From: Actinomycetota bacterium
GTDB taxonomy: Bacteria > Actinomycetota > Actinomycetes > S36-B12
Reading direction: 5' to 3'
Assembly (NCBI GenBank): GCA_046046455.1
Contig: JBJOJS010000023.1
Span: 13,167 to 77,166, forward strand
DNA length: 64,000 nt
The position numbers and the translations under genes are program-made. Below, in pieces: positions 1-7,832 of this stretch. The notes under the pieces were generated by a model, which was not told the origin of the DNA, searched no databases, and saw only the letters and a list, made by a program, of their open reading frames with translations. The number at the start of each line of letters is the position of its first letter. The first letter of the stretch is position 1.

Positions 1-365
1 GCCTGGGCGAAGATCTGCCCGCCCTTGAGGTCCACCTGGATCTGCGTGTCGCGAAGTTCGGCGTCCTTCTTCGGTGACGGCGCGACGACGCGCATCACCA
101 TGGTGAGGGTGCCCGCCTTGCCTCCCGAGGTGTCGGACACCGTGCCCTGGGTGACCGTGAGATTGCCGATGCCCTTGGCATCCCCGTAGTCCACCGTCAC
201 GGGCCGGGAGAACTTGCCGTAGACCATGAAGGACTCCTTCTTCAGCGCACGAGGCTGAACGGTCTCCGTGCTCGGCGAAGACGACGGAGCCGCCGAGGCG
301 GGTACGCCGACGAGAGCGCCGGCCGCCAGGGCGGTCGCCGCCGTGAGGGCAAGGGCGAACTTCAC
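1..365 (-). CDS. secreted hypothetical protein (N-terminal part only; gene runs past the window edge)
   Basis: Hand translation of the minus strand is open from GTG (363-365) to position 1, about 121 codons with no stop. GGAGG (rc of 370-374) lies 4 nt upstream. N-terminus MKFALALTAATALAAGALVGVPASAAP looks like a Sec signal peptide. Absent from the ORF track because it is truncated by the window edge. Confidence 0.55.
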   Translation of the reverse strand, partial: MKFALALTAATALAAGALVGVPASAAPSSSPSTETVQPRALKKESFMVYGKFSRPVTVDYGDAKGIGNLTVTQGTVSDTSGGKAGTLTMVMRVVAPSPKKDAELRDTQIQVDLKGGQIFAQ

Positions 366-435
366 GTGTCCTCCAAGGGTTTCCCTCGAGGATACGGCTC
401 CCCCTACCCCGGATGCCCGGCCTGACGGGGGCGGC

Positions 436-3306
436 ATGCACACGATCACGGGGACACGCCCGCGTGAGGAGTGCCACACTGGCCCGTCCCCTCGGGAGGT
501 CCCCTTGAGACTCACGCGCATGGTTTCCACGCTCAGCGCTACCGCCATCGGCATTGGCGCGCTGGTCGCCACCGGTGCCCCGCAAGCGGCGGACAGCCCT
601 TCACAGCGCGACGTCGTCATCGTCGTCGACAACACCGCGACACGTGCCACCGATTGGGCCCTTCAGAAGAGGGCCTACCTGGCGATGCTGGATGATCGCG
701 CCACCTTTCCTCTCGACGGCAGCGTGGCTGTCTCCCTGGTGCAGTACGCCGCCGCGAAGGAGGGCGGCCAGGCATCGCGTGTCACGCTTCCGCTCACACG
801 ACTCGACAGCGCGGGCGCCCTCGCGAAGGCCCGGGCTGCGATCTCCGAGGCGACCCTCCTCACTCCGGACACGTCCGGGTTCGACGGCCTGACCGCAGCG
901 GCGCAGGAACTCTCCGCTCGTGGCACGAAGGGTTCGCCGGCCAACGTGTGCCTCACCGCGAACGTCGCATGGGATCGGACGACGCTGATCAAGGGCGCCG
1001 GTGCCGTGAAGTCAGCAGGAGCCACGCGCGTCGGAGTCCTTGCGCTGACGTCACCCTCACTGAGCGCCGCCCAGGCCTCCCAGCTGTTCGCCGATGCGGT
1101 CTTCGGCGACGGCGACGTGGTGAGCGCGCGCAATGTTCCCGAGTTCGGCGGCCTGGTCAACTCCTCCTGCATGCTCCCGGCGGTGCGTCTGCGAGCGATC
1201 GAGGTCAACCAGGTCATCCAGGACTGGCACAACTCCGTGCCTCTCGTGCAATACAAGGACACGATCGCGCGCGTCTTCCTGGAGACCGTCGCCCGACCTA
1301 GTGCCACCGCGAGTGGGCTGCTCCATGGCGAGCGCGACGGGGTGCCACTCCGTGGCAGTCCGCTCTCGCCCATCAATGACAGCGGCGCCATCGCCATCGA
1401 TAGCACCGCCGACGCACGCGGCAGCATCAACGGGAGTCTGAACTTCCGCCTGCCGACGAGCTGGATGAGCGGTGACGTCACGCTGACCTTCGAGTCCCCG
1501 TCCACGATGACCTGCACGGCGGCTGCCGGAGAGGCCCGCGACTGCGACGTCGACGTGACCTTCGAGGAAGCAGCTGAGCCGCGTGTCGACTACGTCTCGG
1601 TTCCCTACGAGTACCTCGGCACCTTGCGTGAGCCCACCGATGCGGAACTGGTCGAGAACATGTACCGGACCGAGGACATCTTCCCGACGCGGTACGTCGA
1701 CTTCGACTTCGACTGGCTCCCTGTCAACGTCGACGACACGATCCCCGACCTCGATAGGGTCAACGCCTTCCTGACGCTCTACGGCCTCTACGAGGATTGC
1801 GGGTCCGACTGCGCGAAGTACTACGGGATCCTCAGTGGCTCGGGCGGGGGTCTCGCCACGGGGATCCCCGGGACCGCAGCGTCGGGATTCCTCTCCGGCA
1901 CCGGGGCCTCGGAGGCATACGGCTACGCGCGCAACCGCGGCCCGCACGAAATCGCGCATATGTACGGCGCCCACCACATCGTCAACGCCGCCGAGAACGG
2001 CAAGACGAGCAGGCTGAAGTACGGCTGGTGCACGGAAGAGGGTGGGCTCACCGCTCCGGAATTCCCCCACTGGTTCTTCTCGTCCGCCGCGGGCGCGGAC
2101 CGGCCGTCCTTCGGACCGCTGGGGTCCGATGACGAGGAGGTCTGGGGCATGTCGCCACGCTTCGTCTCGCGTAACGCCGACCTTGCGGTGAGCGACCCCG
2201 GTCAGGTGTTCCCGCTCATGAGCTACTGCGGCGCGGTAGACCGCTCGAGCCAGTTCCGCTGGCCGTCGCTGCAGACATACGACGTCCTCGCCGACGAGTT
2301 CCTCGGCAGTGCGCGTACGCGGCCGGCTGCGGAGCCATCTGCGCGTCCGTTCATCGTCGTCCGCGGACTCTTCGATCCGCAGTCCCCCGGCTCCGCCGAG
2401 TTCCTCCCCGTGGCGCCGGTCACCATGCGTCCGCCTGCGACGAACACGGGAGAGTGGTCGATTCGACTCGTCGACCGCCGCGGCAAGGCGCTTGCCACGC
2501 GCTCCTTCGCCGCGAGCGAGTCCCACGGCGACGCGGCGGGCCCTGAGCAGGGCGAGGCCACGGCGCGAGCGTCGTTCGCCGTGGCATTCCCCGCTGAGCT
2601 CTCCGCACGCATCGGTGCGATCCAGCTGCGCAAGGGGCAGACGGTCGTCGCCACGCAGCGCGCGTCTACTGCCGCGCCACAGGTGACGATCGCGTCCCCG
2701 AAGGCAGGGGTCGCGCTGACGGGTTCGACGGTCACGGTGAGCTGGGCCGCCCAGGACGCGGACTCATCGGAGTTGAGTGCGACCGTGCTCTACCGGACAA
2801 GCCCCAAGGCCCGCTGGACCCCGGTCGCGATCGATGCGACCGGCAGGAGTATCACCGTGCCGCGGCGCGCGATCGAGGGCTCGCGCGCGGGCGAGTTCAT
2901 GGTCATCGCCAGCGACGGCGTCCGCTCCGGTGCGGCGCGAGTGGGATCGATACGGGTGGCCGACAACCCGCCGATCGTGGTGATCCGCTCAGGTGGCGAT
3001 ACGACGTACTCGGGTGCGCAGAACCTCATCCTCAGCGCCACGGCCTGGGACTCCGAGAGCGGCACGCGAGACGTCACGGTCACGTGGTCGTCGAGCATCG
3101 ACGGGCCCCTTGGTCAGCGGGTCGCGGGCAACTCGAGCAGGGCCGGTGACACCGGCTTCCACATCAATCTCCTTGCCACCGACCTCTCCGAGGGCGTACA
3201 CACCATCACAGCGACCGCGACCGACTCCTTCGGCGGCACGGCCACGGCGACGACGCGGGTGACGATCATGCGCGTGGCAGAAGGCGTCGCGCAGTCCACA
3301 GGCTAG
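436..3306 (+). CDS. secreted multidomain metzincin-like zinc metalloprotease with N-terminal vWA-like domain and C-terminal Ig-like repeats
   Basis: ORF 268..3306. HEIAHMYGAHH matches the metzincin HExxHxxGxxH zinc motif. VVIVVDNTATRATDW...SLVQYAA resembles a vWA/DUF1194-type fold. Hydrophobic leader MVSTLSATAIGIGALVATGAPQAA. The C-terminal 300 aa reads as beta-rich Ig-like repeats. Start is uncertain: ATG 436 or ATG 520. Confidence 0.75.
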   Translation: MHTITGTRPREECHTGPSPREVPLRLTRMVSTLSATAIGIGALVATGAPQAADSPSQRDVVIVVDNTATRATDWALQKRAYLAMLDDRATFPLDGSVAVSLVQYAAAKEGGQASRVTLPLTRLDSAGALAKARAAISEATLLTPDTSGFDGLTAAAQELSARGTKGSPANVCLTANVAWDRTTLIKGAGAVKSAGATRVGVLALTSPSLSAAQASQLFADAVFGDGDVVSARNVPEFGGLVNSSCMLPAVRLRAIEVNQVIQDWHNSVPLVQYKDTIARVFLETVARPSATASGLLHGERDGVPLRGSPLSPINDSGAIAIDSTADARGSINGSLNFRLPTSWMSGDVTLTFESPSTMTCTAAAGEARDCDVDVTFEEAAEPRVDYVSVPYEYLGTLREPTDAELVENMYRTEDIFPTRYVDFDFDWLPVNVDDTIPDLDRVNAFLTLYGLYEDCGSDCAKYYGILSGSGGGLATGIPGTAASGFLSGTGASEAYGYARNRGPHEIAHMYGAHHIVNAAENGKTSRLKYGWCTEEGGLTAPEFPHWFFSSAAGADRPSFGPLGSDDEEVWGMSPRFVSRNADLAVSDPGQVFPLMSYCGAVDRSSQFRWPSLQTYDVLADEFLGSARTRPAAEPSARPFIVVRGLFDPQSPGSAEFLPVAPVTMRPPATNTGEWSIRLVDRRGKALATRSFAASESHGDAAGPEQGEATARASFAVAFPAELSARIGAIQLRKGQTVVATQRASTAAPQVTIASPKAGVALTGSTVTVSWAAQDADSSELSATVLYRTSPKARWTPVAIDATGRSITVPRRAIEGSRAGEFMVIASDGVRSGAARVGSIRVADNPPIVVIRSGGDTTYSGAQNLILSATAWDSESGTRDVTVTWSSSIDGPLGQRVAGNSSRAGDTGFHINLLATDLSEGVHTITATATDSFGGTATATTRVTIMRVAEGVAQSTG

Positions 3307-3701
3307 GCAGCGGGCGGCAGGTCACTGCGATAGACGAGGAGGCGGGCCGCCGTACCCACGGCCAGCACGTCAGCGCTGAGTAGGTAGGGGACCTGTCCGT
3401 GCAGCACCGACGTGACGGCCGCCTCGACCTTCATCGCGAGATCAGGGCACATCATGCGCGTGAGCGCCATCGGGCCGATCTGGATGGTGTCGTCGTGCAC
3501 GGTCACGCTCGCATGGCCGGTGTTGCAGCCGGCGTCGACGTGCAGGTGTCCATCGGCGACCTCGAACGTCGAGCGGATGCCGCCGGGGAGCGGCCACGCA
3601 CCGTCGGCATCGCGGATCTCCGTGAGCACCCACGTGGTGCCCTCGAGCGGCCACACGCGCGAGGCAGGGGCCGACTCCGGGGGATTGACGCCGTCGTCCA
3701 C
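3303..3701 (-). CDS. META domain-containing protein (HslJ-like)
   Basis: 132 aa. The pattern GTTWVLTEI...VDAGCNTGHASVTV...IQIGPMALTRMMC is typical of the META/DUF306 domain. Confidence 0.8.
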   Translation of the reverse strand: MDDGVNPPESAPASRVWPLEGTTWVLTEIRDADGAWPLPGGIRSTFEVADGHLHVDAGCNTGHASVTVHDDTIQIGPMALTRMMCPDLAMKVEAAVTSVLHGQVPYLLSADVLAVGTAARLLVYRSDLPPAA

Positions 3702-3746
3702 GGGTCAAGCGTCCCACGCCCCTCCCTCCCATTTCTCCCGCTAAGC

Positions 3747-3842
3747 GGGACAAATGGTGGAGAAGGGCACGCAGGCGGCCGTTCATCACCATTTGTCCCT
3801 GTCACCTTGTCCCTTTGTCCCTGTCACCTTGTCCCTGTCACC
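3747..3842. repeat. 13-bp inverted repeat plus 14-bp tandem array in a divergent promoter region
   Basis: GGGACAAATGGTG (3747-3759) pairs with CACCATTTGTCCC (3787-3799). TTGTCCCTGTCACC occurs at 3793-3806, 3815-3828 and 3829-3842, with a partial copy TTGTCCCT at 3807-3814. The array ends 13 nt before the GTG at 3856. Confidence 0.8.
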
Positions 3843-3855
3843 GTAGGCTCACGGG

Positions 3856-4335
3856 GTGAACAAGCGCCTCTACGACCTCTTCTGGGGCACCTCCCTGCGC
3901 ACGACGACGGCCCTGCATCGGGTTGTACACAGGGTGAGCGGAGGCCGTGTCTGGAGGCGCTTTCCCGGAGGGGCGCAGGTCGTGTGGATCACCACGATGG
4001 GGCGCAAGTCCGGTGAGTGGCGCACCAACCCCCTACTGGCGGCCCGCGTCGACGACGGCTGGTGCGTCGCAGGGTCCAATGCGGGCCAGGCCAAGGTGCC
4101 GGGCTGGGTCTTCAATGCGCGCGAGCACCCTGAGGGCTATGTGCTCATCAACGACGACGCGTGGCAGTGCACCTTCGTCGAGGCGGAGGGCGCCGATCGC
4201 GATCAGCTCTTCGAGCGGATGATCGCGATGTGGAAGTCCTTCGAGATGTACGCCGAGAACGCCGGTCGCTACATCCCGGTCTTCAGGATCGTCCTCGGCG
4301 AGCGCATCGCGAAGGACGCGATCCCCGGAGCCTGA
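3856..4335 (+). CDS. nitroreductase-family deazaflavin (F420)-dependent oxidoreductase (DUF385-like)
   Basis: 159 aa. Reads ...VVWITTMGRKSGEWRTNPLLAARVDDGWCVAGSNAGQAKVPGWVFNAREHPEG...DRDQLFERM, which is the typical signature of the DUF385/Ddn-like family. Confidence 0.8.
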   Translation: MNKRLYDLFWGTSLRTTTALHRVVHRVSGGRVWRRFPGGAQVVWITTMGRKSGEWRTNPLLAARVDDGWCVAGSNAGQAKVPGWVFNAREHPEGYVLINDDAWQCTFVEAEGADRDQLFERMIAMWKSFEMYAENAGRYIPVFRIVLGERIAKDAIPGA

Positions 4336-4389
4336 CCTCCGCCCGTAGGCGACACCAACAGCGCGCTGAGCGTCGTTACGCGGCGGAAT

Positions 4390-5106
4390 TCAGGGCTGGC
4401 TGGGGACCGGCTGAGGACTGGGTATCGGCAGGATCTCCTCCATGATGCGATCCCACAGGGCCTGACTGTTCGCCCGCCCGAAGGCATGCAGGCCATCGGA
4501 GGCGAGTACGAGTCCGAGGTCCCTCGTCTTGATGATGTGGAAGTTCGAGAAGCGCTTCGCTGCCGCCTTGAGCTCGTAGTCATGGAGGGCGCGACAGGCC
4601 GGGCAACTCGTGTAATACGGCTCGACCCAGAAGACCCGGCGGTCCTTGCCCGCGAGGCGCATGAACCTGTCGATGTCCCAGGCCTTGGGTCCGCCGTCAT
4701 TGGTCCCGAGGTTCACGACGATGGTGTCCGGACCCGTCCTCAGGGCCTTCTTCCACCTGCTCACGTTCGTGGTTCCGACCGCGCGCTCCCCCGCCTTGAC
4801 GAGGCCCCTGCCGTTGACGACCTGCTGCAGCTTGATCCCATGCAGGCCGTAGACGACGAACTTCCCGTCGATCAGGGTCCCTTCAGCGCCATTCGTGTAG
4901 GCACCCGGATAGAGGGCGTCCATCATCACGACGACGTGGGAGTCCCCCATGATCGTGTACTGCTCCGCTTCCGCACGTGGCTGGTCCGTGGCGAGAGCAC
5001 GGCCCGAGCCGAGACCGTCGGCATGGGCGGGAGCGAGGCCGGCTACGACCGCTGAGACTGCGAGGCCTACGGCAGCGAGGACCGGGACGACAGAGAAGCG
5101 CCGCAC
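4390..5106 (-). CDS. secreted SGNH/GDSL-like hydrolase
   Basis: ORF 4390..5181. IMGDSHV (block I Ser), NLGTNDG (block III) and SDGLHAF (block V Asp-x-x-His). Signal peptide VRRFSVVPVLAAVGLAVSAVVAGLAPAHA starts at GTG 5104-5106. An alternative ATG at 5181 lies inside a 16-bp duplication. Confidence 0.7.
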   Translation of the reverse strand: MRRFSVVPVLAAVGLAVSAVVAGLAPAHADGLGSGRALATDQPRAEAEQYTIMGDSHVVVMMDALYPGAYTNGAEGTLIDGKFVVYGLHGIKLQQVVNGRGLVKAGERAVGTTNVSRWKKALRTGPDTIVVNLGTNDGGPKAWDIDRFMRLAGKDRRVFWVEPYYTSCPACRALHDYELKAAAKRFSNFHIIKTRDLGLVLASDGLHAFGRANSQALWDRIMEEILPIPSPQPVPSQP

Positions 5107-5193
5107 TCCCGCACTATAGAGCGGCGCCCCCGCGTGATGCCTGCGATGCGGCAGCGCAGGGTCATGGCAGCGCAGGGTCATGGCAGCGCAGGG

Positions 5194-6153
5194 TCAACGA
5201 CGGGCGGCGTACGCCGAGGTGACCATGTCGCGCAGGTCGCGCTGCGCACTCCAGTCCAGTTCAGACACGATGCGATCGACCGAGGCCACCAATTCGGGCG
5301 GATCGCCCGCGCGCCGGGCCACGGCGACGGCACCGACGTCGTGGCCGACGACCTCGGATACGGCGTCCATGACCTCGAGGACGCTCGAGCCCACGCCGGT
5401 GCCGACATTGAAGACCGCGGCGACGTCACCGCGCTCGACGAGATCCGCGGCGGCGACATGCGCTGCAGCCAGGTCGCTCACGTGGATGTAGTCGCGCACG
5501 CAGGAGCCGTCCGGAGTCGGGTAGTCGGTGCCGAAGACCTGCGGCGCATCACCGCGAGCCAGGGCGTCGAAGACCATGGGAATCAGGTTGTTGACGCTGG
5601 TGTCGCCGAGCTCGGGCGACCCGGCTCCCGCGACGTTGAAGTAGCGCAGGGACACCCAGGACAGCGGTGTGGAGTCCGCGCGCGCGACCGCTTCATCGCG
5701 CACCATCCACTCGCCGATCACCTTGGTCTCGCCGTACGGCGAGAGGGGAGCGAGCGGAGAGTCCTCGGAAATCGGCGACCACGGCGGCTCGCCGTACACG
5801 GCTGCGGAGGACGAATAGACCATGCACGGCGTAGACGCGTCAGCCATCGCCTGGAGGAGCGAGGTCATGCCGCCGACGTTCTCGCGGTAGTAGAGCAGCG
5901 GCTTCTCGACGGACTCGCCGACCGCCTTCTTGGCCGCGAGGTGGATCACGCCGGTGACGCCGTCGAGTGCATGCCGCACGGCATCGGTGTCGAGCACGGA
6001 GGCCTCCACGAAGTCCGCGCCCTCCGGGATCCGTGCATGCAGACCGGTCGATAGGTCGTCGAGGATGGTCACCTCGCGGCCACTCGCCAGCAGATCGCGC
6101 GCGACATGCGCGCCGATGTAGCCGGCTCCCCCGGTGAGCAGCCACCTCGTCAT
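5194..6153 (-). CDS. galE: UDP-glucose 4-epimerase
   Basis: MTRWLLTGGAGYIGAHV (Rossmann GxxGxxG), SSSAAVYG and PYGETK (SDR YxxxK). 319 aa from the ATG at 6151-6153. The upstream 91 codons of ORF 5194..6426 are Pro/Arg/Ser-rich and overlap purC. Confidence 0.9.
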   Translation of the reverse strand: MTRWLLTGGAGYIGAHVARDLLASGREVTILDDLSTGLHARIPEGADFVEASVLDTDAVRHALDGVTGVIHLAAKKAVGESVEKPLLYYRENVGGMTSLLQAMADASTPCMVYSSSAAVYGEPPWSPISEDSPLAPLSPYGETKVIGEWMVRDEAVARADSTPLSWVSLRYFNVAGAGSPELGDTSVNNLIPMVFDALARGDAPQVFGTDYPTPDGSCVRDYIHVSDLAAAHVAAADLVERGDVAAVFNVGTGVGSSVLEVMDAVSEVVGHDVGAVAVARRAGDPPELVASVDRIVSELDWSAQRDLRDMVTSAYAARR

Positions 6154-6166
6154 CCGAAGCACCGCA

Positions 6167-7051
6167 TCATGCGAAGCGATCCCCGGTGAGCAGCTCGTAT
6201 GCCTCGACGTATTTGGCACGGGTCTTGTCGACGATCTCGTCGGGCAGCGGGGGCGGCGGATCGCCGGAGTCCTTGCTCCAGCCCGAGGCGGGCGAGGTGA
6301 GCCAGTCGCGCACGAACTGCTTGTCATACGACGGCTGGGGGTGCCCGGGCTCCCAGTGATCCGCGGGCCAGTAGCGCGAGGAGTCGGGGGTGAGCACCTC
6401 ATCGCCCAGCACCATGCGCCCGGCATAGCGGCCCGCGCGCGCGATGCCGAACTCGAACTTCGTGTCGGCGAGGATCAGCCCGCGCTCCTCGGCGATCGCC
6501 GCCGCGCGGCGATAGACATCGAGCGACAGGCGCTTGAGATCCTGCGCCTCCTCCTGGCCGACGAGCACGATGGTCTCGTCGTAGGTGATGTTGACGTCGT
6601 GCTCGCCCATCGGAGCCTTGGTCGCCGGCGTGAAGATCGGCTTGGGCAGCTTCGAACCATCCTTGAGACCCGGCGGCAGGCCGTTGCCGCAGATGCTGCG
6701 CGTCGCGACGTACTCAGCAAGACCCGAACCGGCGAGATAGCCGCGCACGACGCACTCGACGGGCACCATCTCCAGCGGCTCGCACAGCATGGCGCGGCCA
6801 CGCACCGCCTTGGGCACCTGCGTGGACACGAGGTGGTTGGGCACCACGCCCTGCATCCGGTCGAACCACCACAGGCTGAGCTGAGTGAGGATGCGGCCCT
6901 TGTCGGGGATCTCGGTCGGGAGCACCCAGTCGTACGCCGAGATGCGATCCGACGCGATGAAGAGCAACTGACCGTTGGGTGCCTCGTAGAGGTCGCGCAC
7001 CTTGCCCGAGTAGAGATGGCGATAGCCCTCGGGGAGGTCGTACTCGGACAC
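6167..7051 (-). CDS. purC: phosphoribosylaminoimidazole-succinocarboxamide synthase (SAICAR synthetase)
   Basis: 294 aa. Contains LYSGKVRDLY...LLFIASDRISAYDWVLPTEIPDKGRILTQLSLWWF and ILADTKFEFG, which are classic PurC motifs. Confidence 0.95.
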   Translation of the reverse strand: MSEYDLPEGYRHLYSGKVRDLYEAPNGQLLFIASDRISAYDWVLPTEIPDKGRILTQLSLWWFDRMQGVVPNHLVSTQVPKAVRGRAMLCEPLEMVPVECVVRGYLAGSGLAEYVATRSICGNGLPPGLKDGSKLPKPIFTPATKAPMGEHDVNITYDETIVLVGQEEAQDLKRLSLDVYRRAAAIAEERGLILADTKFEFGIARAGRYAGRMVLGDEVLTPDSSRYWPADHWEPGHPQPSYDKQFVRDWLTSPASGWSKDSGDPPPPLPDEIVDKTRAKYVEAYELLTGDRFA

Positions 7052-7145
7052 GCGCGCATCCTGTCAGAGCCGGGGCGGCCGCCCGATGTTCGGGTAACTC
7101 GCTTCTGTCCCTCAAGCACGGGACGCCGCATCTAGGGTAATCCCC

Positions 7146-7832
7146 GTGGAGTCCCACCTGGATCCCGCCGACGAGTGGGCCCGCCGGGTCCTCATCGTCG
7201 ATGACGATGCCTTCATCAGCAGCCTGGTCACCGAGCTGGTCGCCGGCGCGGGCTTCACGCCCTATGTGGCACACACGGCGCATGAGGCGCTCCGCGTCGC
7301 GGACGACGTCGATCCGGACGCAGCGATCCTCGACATCGAGCTCGGTCCGGGTCCCAATGGCTTCGACCTCGCAGACGCGCTCCTGGCGCGCATGCCGCAC
7401 CTGGCCATCGTCTTCCTCACCCAGGTCGCCGGGCCCGACCTCGTCAATCGCACCGTCTCCATCCCGACGCAAGCGGCGTACCTCGTGAAGCGCGATTTGG
7501 GCGACGCCCAGGCGATCGTGCGCGCACTCGAACACGTGCTGCGCGACGGAGATCCACGGCCGGACTTCCGCGCGGACGAGCAGCGCAATGACCCTCTCAC
7601 CCTGCTGACACCCCAGCAGCTCGAGACCCTGCGACTCGTGGCCGAGGGACTGAGCAACGAGGAGATCTCCGTCCGTCGCGAGACCTCCGTGCGCGCCGTC
7701 GAGGCGATGGTGAGTCGCGTCTTCACGATCCTCGAGGTCAACAACGACCACCGCATCAATCCGCGCGTCGCTGCGACACGTCTCTACCTCGAGCACGGGG
7801 CATCTCCTCTGGCAGCGGAGGAGTCGGCCTGA
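7146..7832 (+). CDS. response regulator, NarL/LuxR family
   Basis: Receiver domain with VLIVDDD, a putative phospho-acceptor in AAILDIEL, and VFLT / YLVK. C-terminal HTH reads LTPQQLETLRLVAEGLSNEEISVRRETSVRAVEAMVSRV. The stop overlaps the kinase start (TGATG, 7829-7834). Confidence 0.9.
   Translation: MESHLDPADEWARRVLIVDDDAFISSLVTELVAGAGFTPYVAHTAHEALRVADDVDPDAAILDIELGPGPNGFDLADALLARMPHLAIVFLTQVAGPDLVNRTVSIPTQAAYLVKRDLGDAQAIVRALEHVLRDGDPRPDFRADEQRNDPLTLLTPQQLETLRLVAEGLSNEEISVRRETSVRAVEAMVSRVFTILEVNNDHRINPRVAATRLYLEHGASPLAAEESA

Noticed and set aside
1057-2526. 489-aa minus-strand ORF inside the metzincin gene
   Set aside because: This is an antisense GC-skewed frame with Arg/Gly/Val-rich composition. 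The plus-strand frame carries the zinc motif and a signal peptide.
6154-6426. N-terminal extensions of track ORFs: galE to 6426, the aminotransferase to 37835, the 345-aa lipoprotein to 15354, purA to 40013, purD to 34682, the aldolase to 52453 and RHS-3 from 27181
   Set aside because: The extensions are Pro/Arg/Ser-rich, overlap neighbouring genes or promoters, and precede internal starts that give canonical N-termini (Rossmann fold, P-loop, lipobox or RBS).
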